DNA from: Narcine bancroftii
Lineage: Eukaryota
Direction of reading: 5' to 3'
Assembly: GCF_036971445.1 (NCBI RefSeq)
Contig: NC_091470.1
Coordinates: forward strand, 203,608,001-203,672,000
DNA length: 64,000 bases
The notes under the pieces were generated by a model. It was not told the origin of the DNA, did no database searches, and saw nothing but the letters and a program-made list of their open reading frames with translations. Shown here in pieces: positions 1 to 22,666 of this stretch (position 1 is the stretch's first letter; each line of letters begins with the position of its first letter). Position numbers and translations under genes: made by a program.

Positions 1-11896
<11,896 letters not shown>

Positions 11897-13553
11897 CAAG
11901 CTCTTCAAAAGCCATACCAAATGCTTCTCTCTGTCCGAGCGCCCCCACCGCCGGTCCGACCAGTGGCCAGAGTCGCCCATTCACCATGCCCATTATTTTT
12001 CCTTCTTTGTTTCGCATCAGCCAATTAGCTATGTGTCTTTACTCAACCTTTTCATCAGCAGCTGCGTGAGGTGGGAAAACAAGATGGCCACCCATGGAGA
12101 TGTGGTCAAGATGGCCACCTGCGGATACACGGTAAGATGGCTGGCTGCGGGTACACAGTCAAGATGGCCGCCCACAGCACGCAGTCAAGATGGCTTCCCT
12201 GCAGTACACAGTCAAGATGGCTGTCCCGCAGTTACATTGTCAAGATGACCACCCAGCGATATGCAGACAAGATGCTTCCCCCTCCTAGGACACAAGGTCA
12301 GGATGGCCACTCCACGGGTATGAAGACAAAATGGCCACCCCGTGGGAACAAGGTCAAAATGGCCACCCCCTCCCAGGACCCAAGGTTAAGATGGCTGCCC
12401 CATGGGTACCAGGTAAAAATGGCCACCCGGCGGGTACTCGTGGGTATCAGGTCCACTTGGCCGCCCTATGGGTGCAAAGACAAGATGGCTGGCCCCTCCA
12501 GGACACAAGGTAAAAATGGCCATCCCGTCGATACAGTCAAGATGGCTGCCCCGCAGGTACATAAACAAAATGGCCATCCCCTCCCTCCAAGCCATAGTCA
12601 CTGAGGCGACCCATTGACAGTTTACGTTCTCGAACCTCTGTCACATGACTTGATGCTGCAGCAAATACCACTTTGGCCTTCGAAGATGGGACGAGGAAGA
12701 GAGAGAAAAAAGGATTTTAAAAATAAACTTTTTTATTGAAGAAAAGAAGCATTAAGAAGTGGTTTTGGATTGTTAAATACGGGTTATAGCAAGAGTTATT
12801 TTTGTCTTTGCTTCTTGTTTGAGGTTTATGTATTGTGTCACTTTAATTTAGACACACACCAGCCCCCAGTGAAGCCCCTTTTCATATAAATTATCAATCA
12901 CATCATCCCCACCATCTGCATCCATTGTTTTTAAAAAGAAAATTTCTAATGTACAGTCTTTGGTTTTATTTATGAAATTCTCTATTTATTCACTCTTAAT
13001 GGTTTTCTCTGGAGGTTTCACATTTTTAAAAAATGATTAAGTTTCATGAAACGAAACACTTTCGACTCCGAGTTTCTTCACCCCTCTGCACATTTCCTGT
13101 TCATCTTACCACTCCTTCCTTCACTTGCTCCTCCATGCCCTTCTCCCCTCCTTTCCTCTCCCACTACCTTCCTCTTCCTCTTTCCCCTCTCCCTTTTCCT
13201 CTCCACCATCCTCCCCACCTCTCGCTCCAGTTCCTTGCATTACTGCCCCTTCCCTCTCTCTCTCTCCCGTCTTCGCTCCTCCTCTCCCCCACCCCACTGC
13301 AGGGTCCTCTAGAACTGGATGAAATCAGGCCTGTTTTATTTTCTTGCAGAGTGTGACATTATTTTCATTGTAATTGAAGTTACGCTCGCGATCCTTCCAA
13401 AATGCGAGGTCACATTTTACGGCAATGTTGAAAATTCACTATTTTTTTGTTGGATTTTATGACAAGGGTATGTTTTGGAGTTTACTGCACTGTTAAGAGA
13501 AACTGAGCCAGAATTGTCTTAACTTTGTGAAATTGTCTGATCTACACAATAAA
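11897..13553 (+). other. Putative KDM6B 3' UTR ending near AATAAA 13548-13553
   Basis: Follows TGA at 11894-11896; AU-rich blocks at 12700-13060 and 13330-13560. An earlier AATAAA lies near 12722. Confidence 0.55.
12080..12575 (+). repeat. Array of 18 short motifs (consensus CAARATGGCY, YY1-like) with variable spacers
   Basis: Units at about 12080, 12107, 12133, 12160, 12186, 12213, 12241, 12268, 12299, 12327, 12355, 12387, 12415, 12453, 12481, 12512, 12538, 12566; 14 keep an intact AA(G/A)ATGGC core. Confidence 0.85.
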
Positions 13554-13823
13554 AGCTTTTGATAAACTTTCCTCCATGTCCTTGGTGCCCTGGGTCTGGA
13601 TCCGCACACGAGGGGCAGGTTCCATCCGCAGGACCAGGAAGGAGTGATGAGGCTTGCCGTCATAACACAGAAATAGACTGTTCAGCCCATCGAGTCTGCC
13701 CCACCATTCAATCATGAGCTGATCCATTCTCCCCTCTGCCCGGCCTTCTCCCCTCTGCCCGGCCTTCTCCCCTCTGCCCGGCCTTCTCCCCATAACCTTT
13801 GGTGCCCGAGCTAATCAAGAACC

Positions 13824-14109
13824 TGTAGCAGCGTCCACACTGCTAACTGAAGGATTGCACAACCAGATGGGTTGAGTTCAGTGAGCAAAAACTGATTTAT
13901 TGCAGGTTGCCTGGCTGGTCTTATACTCCCAGCCCGGACCTGGCTGAGAACCGTGTTGGGGTACCCCGACGTCACCGGGGCGTCACGTGGGTCCCCAAGC
14001 ACGGGCTTCTGAGCACAGTGCCGAGGTTGGGAGGAAAACCCCGATGGCACCATTTTGGCCAGCTGCCAAAAGTGGGGCCAATTCACCTGCCTAATGGCAT
14101 ACCGCCACA
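13824..14109 (-). repeat. Gypsy 3' LTR
   Basis: Direct repeat of 25404-25698; AATAAA and TATA-like box on the minus strand. Confidence 0.9.
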
Positions 14110-15094
14110 CAGCTCCCCACCCCCCAGAACCGGCACCAATGTCCTTTTTTGCCAGGCGGCCTCGCTTCTTAGATTGGGCCACAACTGGTTTTGTGGGGTC
14201 GAGGTGGGCTGGTTTTAACCTGTCTACCGTAAACAGTTCCCTCTTACTACCGATGTCCAGTGTGAAAGTGGATGCTGAACACTGGACAACTTTGTACGGC
14301 CCTTCATATGGTCTTTGTAGAGGTGCTGTGGACGGGCCCCGTCTGATAAAAATGTACTCTGCAGAGTACAGCTCGCTGGGGAAATAAGAGGCCCATGTGT
14401 CGAGTCTGGGCAGCAGTGGGGGTGTGAAGGAGTCCAACTGGGCCCGGAGCCGGGGAAGTAGACCATGCGGTGACTGCTGGAGGTTGTGAGGTGCATTGAC
14501 GAACTCACCTGGTAGGGCTAGCGGTGCACCATAGACCAGCTCAGCTGATGACGCCTGTAGGTCTTCTTTGGGTGTTGAGCGGATGCCCAGGAGCACCCAA
14601 GGCAGTTCGTCCACCCAGTCGGGACCAGTGAGGTGGGCCATAAGTGCCGACTTAAGGTGGCAGAGCAAGCGCTTGACTGGCCTATTGGCCTGTGATAGAC
14701 CATGGTGTGACATAGCTCAATCCCCAGCCTGTTGGCAAGCTCTGCCCAGAGGTGAACTGGGCGCCCCGATCACTGGTGAGGTGGTTCGGGACGCCGAACC
14801 GGGCAACCCAACTGTTCAAAAGCGCTCGGGAGCAGGAGTCCATGGAGGCATCTGGTATTGGGATTGCCTCAGGCCAACGAGTGGTGCGTCTACCACGGTT
14901 ACCTCGGGAAACGAGTAAGGGTCTGACAATGTCCACATGTATCTGGCTGAACTGTTCCCGGATGTGTTTGAAATGTTGAACGGGCGCTCTGGTGTGCTTG
15001 TGTACCTTGGAAAGCTGGCAATGGGTGCAGGTTCTGGCCCAGTCTGCAATCTGCTTCCGAAGCCCGTGCCAGACGAAATGTTCTGCCACCATAC

Positions 15095-15564
15095 TGTGAG
15101 AAACAGAAGTACCTTCACAGATTTCGCTCGAGACAAAAATTGAGAACAAAGAACATTTATTGTACAACAATGCAAACTTCCCCTTACCCTGGGAATACAC
15201 ACACATACTGGGGCTCACCCAACTTTTATACAGTTCATTTCATAGAGGTACCCTCCCCCACTAACATTCTTCTGCCTCCTGGATTGGTTTGGCATTTGGT
15301 AATTCTGTCTGCCTACGTGCAGTAAACTTGAAAGACCATGGGGTATCCTGTCTGGGTCCCATCATGTCATTGTCCTTACTCATGAATCTACCTTTGTCCT
15401 TATTCACACATCTCAACCCCCAGGACATACCTATAAGAACTTGCTAATTCTGTCTATCACTATAAGACCCGGATTCTATTGCGTAACCCTTTCCTCACAC
15501 TCATCGGAATTCATTACTTAGCATTCATACCAGTTTTACTTCCTATATTCTATTATCTCTCACA
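15095..15564 (-). repeat. ERV 3' LTR (470 bp)
   Basis: TGTGAGA..TCTCACA inverted ends; TATAAAA and AATAAA on the minus strand; purine-rich tract adjacent. Confidence 0.92.
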
Positions 15565-15597
15565 ATCCACACTTTTTTAGCTACGCTTAGTAAATTC

Positions 15598-16631
15598 TCA
15601 ACTGGAAGCTTGGTCTTTTTCCCACCGAGTCAGCAAACGAACTGCAATCTCAGCATCATCAGACGGAGTTTGGGAAACATACATCCTTTGGGTTGTAGTG
15701 ATCTGACGAAGGGTCCGTTGAATTAAACACTGCACACAAGTCATTAGGCAGGGAAGTATCATGATGGCTAAAATAACGAGTCCAACTGCTATAAGGGCTG
15801 TGTGTATCCACCTCCAGTCACCAGTAAAAAGTTCAACTGCCTGACCATTGTGACCATTGAAATCAATCGATCTTCCACAAACGCCGCCCTCAGCACCCAA
15901 CAAGTAATCGAGAGCCAGGCGGTTTTGATAAGCTATAGCTCGTATCTGTCGTTGTTCTTCAGCCAATAAATCCAAGGCCGTCGCTGTCTGTTTGGTGATA
16001 ATCTCCAAAACTGCCTGGAGTCTGATTAAATGGTTTAAATGCCAAACAGCTGTGGTATTCTGGAGCAGCTTGAGCTGTTTAGAACCAGAATCCCCGTTAT
16101 AGTGATGGCCTTTAGCCTTCCGAATATTCGTGACCCAAAGGATGATTTACAAGATGCCAAGTTGGGGGGGGTGGGGGTGGGGCATTTATTGTTACCTAAT
16201 CTGTGAGTAGCAGCTTGTCTGCGAGCATTAGCAAATATACCCCCTTTATCCCTACTCCAGGTATAGCCCTGACTAATGTTCTCCCTATCATTTTCCCACC
16301 ATCTTCTTTGGACCATATTTTTAGCACTCATCTCTTTAATATCTGTAGAGGCTGGGATGCAAACCCAATCCACTCCCCTAGGGCAGGTCTGTTTCCCTGG
16401 TCCATGTTGGGATCCTAAATTAAACCATACTAAATAAGGTACCCCACTATGAATAGAGTCTATACCTGTGCCCTGTCTGCATTCTAAAGGTAAACTTGTC
16501 CATTCCTCAAAGTAATTATCACCTCTGCTGCCCCTATTCCAGGAGGACTTAATACATTGTGTACAATTGGGTGGTTTCCCAAAAATTGGGAACCAGCAGA
16601 AAAACAATACAGCAAATAATAAAAATAACAT
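15598..16631 (-). pseudogene. env: ERV env, internally deleted
   Basis: Signal peptide MLFLLFAVLFFCWFPIFG; TM ectodomain [22 protein letters not shown] and immunosuppressive motif [19 protein letters not shown]; membrane anchor [18 protein letters not shown]. No recognisable furin site, fusion peptide or complete CX6CC. Confidence 0.85.
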
Positions 16632-19600
16632 TACAGCACTTTTTCCCGCATAGCTTAACTTTCAGACCAGAAGGATGCGAGACTGCACGCCAGGTGGAGA
16701 GTATATTATCAACATCTTTAGTCCATGGATTAGCTTGTTTAATGCGTTGTATGTGAGTCCACCCCTTTTCTTTTGTCCGCATTGCAGTGTCTGTAATCAG
16801 AAGTACACAATAAGGGCCGTCCCATATCAGTTTTAGTTTATGGTCTTGCCACACTTTTACATATACCCAATCACCAGGTTTTTACAGAATGAATAGGATA
16901 GTCCAGGGGTGGGTTTTGAGCTAATAAACCCTTCTGTCTTAAGTCATATAGAGAAGTAGAAAGTCCCTGTAAATATTTAGATATGTACTGGTCATTAGCC
17001 TCAGGGGTAGGGGTATCAGTGGAATCCCATGTAAGGAAGAACCAAACATCATTTCATATGGTGAGACAGCAAGGTCCTTACGAGGAGCTGTGCGAGTGCT
17101 GATTAAAGCTAAGGGTAAGCATTTAATCCAGGAGAGGCCAGTTTCCTCATGAAGTCGAGTGAGTTGATTTTTCAGGGTCTGATTCATCCGTTCAACACGG
17201 CCTGAACTCTGGGGGTGCCATGGGGTATGTAACTGCCAATCTATTCCCAGGATTTTATGCACACCCTCCTGGAGTACCTGAGAGGTAAAATGTGTACCTC
17301 GATCTGAGCCAATGGTTTGAATAATCCCATAACGCGGAATAACAGACTCTAGTAATATCCGGATAACGGTGCTAGCACGATCATTAGGGGTTGGGAAAGC
17401 CTCAACCCATCGAGTAAAATGATCCACCATCATCAGGAGGTATTTATAAACCCTTATCTTAGGTAGTTCCGTGAAGTCAACTGTATTTGTTGAAACGGGC
17501 GTAATGCTATATCGCGACCGCCAGGCATTACTTGGCGCATTACTTTCTTATTCACTCGCTGACAGATTGGGCACCCCCGAGTACTTTGCTTGGCTATGGT
17601 GTATATTCCCGAGCAATTAAAGGACCGTACAAAAGCATCAACAAGTGCCTGAGTTCCCCAATGTGTCTGCTGGTGGAGCTGATCAATAATCTGACGAGCC
17701 AAGGCTCTGTTCAGTACTTGGCATCCCTCTGCCGTCCACCACAACCCATCGGCAGTTTGACGCATTCCCTGGTCTTTCATATAAACCTCCTTTTCCAGTG
17801 AAAAGATGGGAGTCTTTTGAACCTCCTGTGGGGTGGAGAGCAACAGCTGCATGTCTATTTTTTCTGTGAGTGCAGCCTGTTTGGCAGCTTCATCTGCCCG
17901 TCTGTTCCCCTGTGCTTCAGGACTGTCAATAATTTGATGGCCCCATACATGAACTACAGCTATCTCCTCAGGTAACATAAGAGCATCTAAGGATTGAACA
18001 ATTAAGTTTTCATGGATCAACTTTTGTCCTTTCCCAGTTATCATTCCCCGCTCTTTCCAAATCTTTCCAAAGGTGTGCACTACACCAAAAGCATACTTTG
18101 AGTCGGTATAGACTTTCCCTCTAAACCCTGGAGAGCTCCACAGAGGGCATATAATTTACAGGATTGTGCCGACCAATGACCGGGAAGACGACCGGCTTCA
18201 ATCACAACTCCTTCATTCCCATCCACTACATTATACCCGCTATACCGAATGCTGTCAATGCAGCGGGAAGATCCATCAATAAACCACCTTTCACCCTCCC
18301 ATAAAGGTTAATCACTTAAATCATCTCTAATTTTTGTCTGTAAATCTATCACTTCTAAACATACATGCTCTAAATCATTGGGGACAGTATCAGAATCTGG
18401 AGAAACCAAGAAGGCGGCTGGATTCTGTTCTTTGTTCATAATCAGTGTCAAACCATCCCTATCCATGAGAATCGCTTCATACTTTAAAATTCTAGAATCA
18501 GTAAGCCACCTTCCGGCACGTTGTAAGAGAATGGTGTGGACTGTGTGAGGGGTATGAACTATCATCAGGGCACCAAACGTAATCTTTCATCCTTCCTTGA
18601 CTAAAATAGCAGTGGCTGCAATTGCTTGCACACATTCTGGCCAACCACGACAAACAGGATCTAAAATTTTTGACAGAAGGGCAACTGGTTATCTAAAGCC
18701 TGCCCTCTCTTGCATTAATACTCCCATGGCCACACCGTCTTTCACATTGGTATATAGGTCAAATGGCTTATTTAGGTCGGGTAAAGCCAAAACTGGGGCA
18801 CTAATAAGACGCTGTTTCACCAAGGTAAAATCTTTAATCTCCTCCTCCGTCCAGACAACAGTTTCGCCCCCGAGAGTTGCAAGTTTATCATAAAGAAATT
18901 TGACCAGGCTAGAATAATTCTCAATCCAAATTCTACAGTATCCCACTAAACCAAAGAATTTCCTAAGTTCTTGAGCACTCTTTGGAGGCGGGATCTGCAG
19001 AGTACCGCGTGTTCTCTCTGGACTTATCTTCCTAATTCCTTGACTAACCAGATGACCTAAGTATTTAACTTCAAATTGAACAAATTTTAACTTTGATTCA
19101 CTCACTCTAAGACCCTTATTCCCTAGAAAATTCAAATATTCAACAGTGTATTGTTTAACCACATCATACGTTTTTCCCGTGATTAATAAATCATCAACAT
19201 ATTGTATTAATTGACAATTCTCTCTCCGAGGGGCCTCATCTAGTATCTGTTCTAAAACTTGGCCAAACAAATTTGGGGATTCTGTAAAACCCTGGGGAAG
19301 GACTGTCCACCAGTATTGATTTTTCCGTCCTGTAAAAGGATTCTCCCACTCAAATGCAAACATGTCCTTACTGTCTATTGCCAATGGACAGGTCCAAAAG
19401 GCATCTTTGAGGTCAATTACACTAAACCACTTACTATGGGGATCAATTTTACCCATTAACGTATAGGGGTTAGGTACAACCGGATAACAGGTGAGAATAA
19501 TTTTGTTTAACTCCCTCAAATCCTGCACTAATCAATAGGTACCATCTGGTTTTTGGACAGGTAAAATTGGGGTATTAAAAGGTGACATACAAGGTTCGAG

Positions 19601-20167
19601 TATACCATCCTTCACCAATTGGTCAATTACTGGCTGCAGCCCCTTTCGGCCAGCCATAGGAATTGGATACTGTTTTCGTCTAATTACTTGGTCAGGTTCT
19701 TTTAAAGTAACTTGCAGGGGAGGAACATCTAACCCTCCTCTATTGGCTCTTTTTGCTCATACGCTAGGATTTATTAGTTCCTGATCCTCCTCTGTTAGTA
19801 CATAAAATTGAACCCCTATACATGATCCCTATGGTCTGGTACCGATAGCCAATTGGTCCTGTAAATCCCGTCCCAACAAGCAAACTCCAGCTTGGGGAAC
19901 TAGTAAAATATCCTCTGTTATTATCTTTTTTCCCATTTGTATCCTTACATTCTTTAGTATTGGGACCGTAAAATCTCTTCCTCCCACTCCCGAAATCATC
20001 ACTGTCCCTTCTGTTTTAACACCCTCGGGCCGTTGTAAAATACTAGACCGGGCTGCCCCAGACTCAACTAGAAAAGTTATCTCGTCACTGTGGGGTCCTA
20101 TGCTTAAATTTACCAATGGTTCTCCGTGCAGCCCCACAATTGGAATTGACTGAGAACCGTGACCCCC
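16549..20167 (-). pseudogene. pol: ERV pro-pol, disrupted
   Basis: Protease FLVESGA (catalytic D to E) and LLGRDL; RT QDLRELNK, IDLKDAFW, LPQGF, YVDDLL; RNase H WFIDGS, YTDSKYAF; integrase HQQTHWG..CPIC, SDRGTHFT, PQSSGRVERMN, WDGPY. Confidence 0.92.
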
Positions 20168-21895
20168 CTATTCATAATCTGCCTCCATCAATGCGTAAGA
20201 TCACGTCTCCCTGGCTCGCATTGGGCATTCCCTCTTAAAGTGTCCCTCCTTTTTACATGAATAGCAAACTAATGCTCCTGTTTCCCAATTTCTACCAGGG
20301 TCTCCACGGGGTCCCGGGAATGGTTGTCGTCCCCAGAATTCTCCTCTACCCCTGCCTCTACTCTGGTCTCTACTTCCCCACTCCTGGCGCTCCTCCCAAC
20401 GTCCAGGAGCTGGCACACAGTTCCTAACATTTCCATGCTGTCCCTCCACAATTTCCTTGACTGCCTGCATCCAAATCTTAGCCTTTCCTTTCTGTTTATC
20501 TTCAGACCTCTGGACGTATGCCCTTTGTGCGATCTGTAAAAGCTGTGTTATTCCCTGTTCATGCCAATTCTCTGTCTTTTGAAATTTCTTCCTGATATCT
20601 GGGGCTGAATTAGTAACAAAGCCCATCAATACCAACTGTTCACCTGCTGGGGATTCTATATCCAACCCCCCATATTGCTGTATGGCCGCAAGCAATCTAT
20701 TCAGAAATGCAGAGGGGGTCTCCTTGGGACCTTGGGGAACCTCAAATGCCTTCTTAAAGTTCTGTCCTTTTGGAACAGACTCTTTTATTCCTTTTATTAT
20801 ATTAATCCTATACTCTTCCATTCGTGTGCGACCATCATTAGTATTCTTATTCCAATTCGGGTTTACCAGGGGAAATTTAAATTCCCCAGGTATCGCCTCT
20901 GGTCCCCCTTGGAGTTCCCTATCCCAGACTCTAATCCCTGCCTGGCAAATCATTCCACGCTCATCCAAAGTGAATAGATCGATATTAATTAATCCCAGGT
21001 ATATATATTCGGTCCCAAAAATTGATCTAATTGTTCTGCACATCCCTGAGGGTCTTCTATCAGGGAGGTCATTTCCTTCTTAAAATTGTGCACCTCCGTA
21101 CTAGTCAGAGGCACATTTACGAACCCAAGACCCCCCCACATCCCCTCCCAAAGGAACCTCTTGTAAAGGTCTCATCCAGTTAAGTTCTGGTTTATCCCCT
21201 CCTCTATGATGTTTAGGTTCCTGCCCTCTGGGAGACAAATCAAAGGGTTCTGCCCTTCCCTCCTGAAAGGTCTCACACTGTTCTGAATGACCCTCATAAT
21301 CAAAGTCTCCTCCCTCTCGTGTCAATTGAGGCAGTAATCTTGTACTCTGAGAGCGGGTCATCATACCACCCCTACTTTCTTCTTCTTTCTCTAACTGTGG
21401 AGGAGGAGGGAAAGGGTAAAGAAGGGTAAAGCATAGGTGAGAGGGGGAGATAGGAGCCGGCACAGGGGGAGCATAAGGTGGAGGAAGGGAATGTAACACA
21501 TCCCATCCTTGTATTTCAGGGGCAGAAGGTTCCTCATCCTTCTTGTTTTTACATTCCTTTTCGCTCAAAATCATTTGATCAAACGATCCACTGATCCAAC
21601 AGGCTGCATATTCTCTGCTCTCAGTATTACCTCCTTGATTTTGGTAGAGCCAGATGTTCAATGCCTGACACATCCAGTCCTCGTCGGATCCAAACTTTGG
21701 CTAATATACCAAACTCCCTTTTATCGGATTCTTAACCCATTCCTGACAGCAATACCTAACCATGGTCTGTTTATCTTTCCCACAGGTTTTCCCCACACCC
21801 CAATCAGATAACATTAATCCTAATGGACTATGTTTAGGTATCTGATCTTCCCGTCCTTCTTTAGGACTGTTTCCCTTGCTACTTACTCCTCCCAT
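20168..21895 (-). pseudogene. gag: ERV gag, disrupted
   Basis: MGGVSSK myristoylation-type start, PPPY late domain, MHR-like QGPKETPSAFLNRL, CCHC knuckle CYSCKKEGHFKREC; ends at TAG 20168-20170; internal stops and frameshifts. Confidence 0.88.
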
Positions 21896-22126
21896 ACTAG
21901 CAGGTAAATAAAATTCCTCTTACCGGGATCCAGTAGCTATTCCTAACGCGCTTCCTTAATGTTCTCCCATTGTTTGTTCTCAATGCCTCTTCTCGGATAT
22001 CACTCGCTTCGTCCATTGACCAGTCACCCTTCATCCGGGAGTCCAGCTGAATCAGCCGGGGTGCACCTACCCCGTCGTTGGGCACTCTGTCAGTGGAGGG
22101 AGTGCGATCCCGGACGATCCCCCATT

Positions 22127-22666
22127 TGTGAGAAACAGAAGTACCTTCACAGATTTTGCTCGATACAAAAATTGAGAACAAAGAACATTTATTGTACAAC
22201 AATGCAAAGTTGGGTGTTTCCCATTACCCTGGGAATACACACACATACTGGGGCTCACCCAACTTTTATACAGTTCATTTCAGTGTAGAGGTACCCTCCT
22301 CCCCTAACATTCTTCTGCCTCCTGGATTGGTTTGGCATTTGGTAATTCTGTCTGCCTATGTGCAGTTTCTGTAAACTTGAAAGACCATGGGGTATCCTGT
22401 CTGGGTCCCATCATGTCATTGTCCTTATTCATGAATCTGCCTTTGTCCTTATTCACACATCTCAACCCCCAGGACTTACTCATTCTATATGCAGAACTTG
22501 CTAATTCTGTCTATCACTATAAGACCCTTGTTCTATTATACTTGCGATAACCCTTCCTCACACTCTTATCGGAATTCATCCCTACTCAGCACTTACTTAA
22601 CTTCCTCTAGTCTAGTCTAGTATTCCTTATTTCATTCATACTAGCTATATTCTATTATCTCTCACA
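22127..22666 (-). repeat. ERV 5' LTR (540 bp)
   Basis: Direct repeat of 15095-15564, followed by PBS-Pro. Confidence 0.92.

Larger units (their letters stand above)
15095..22666 (-). mobile_element. Class I (gamma/epsilon-like) endogenous retrovirus, 7.57 kb provirus
   Basis: LTRs 15095-15564 and 22127-22666; TSD ATAC at 15091-15094 and 22667-22670; PBS TGGGGGATCGTCCGGGAT (one mismatch to the tRNA-Pro PBS) 22107-22124; gag, pro-pol and env remnants. Confidence 0.95.

Noticed and set aside
12080-12575. CRISPR array
   Set aside because: The repeat is only about 10 nt and degenerate, spacers are short and partly related to each other, there are no cas genes, and the context is a vertebrate 3' UTR.
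21897-22202. Accessory ORF in the ERV leader
   Set aside because: It starts inside the LTR at a non-ATG codon, runs across the PBS and resembles no known accessory protein.
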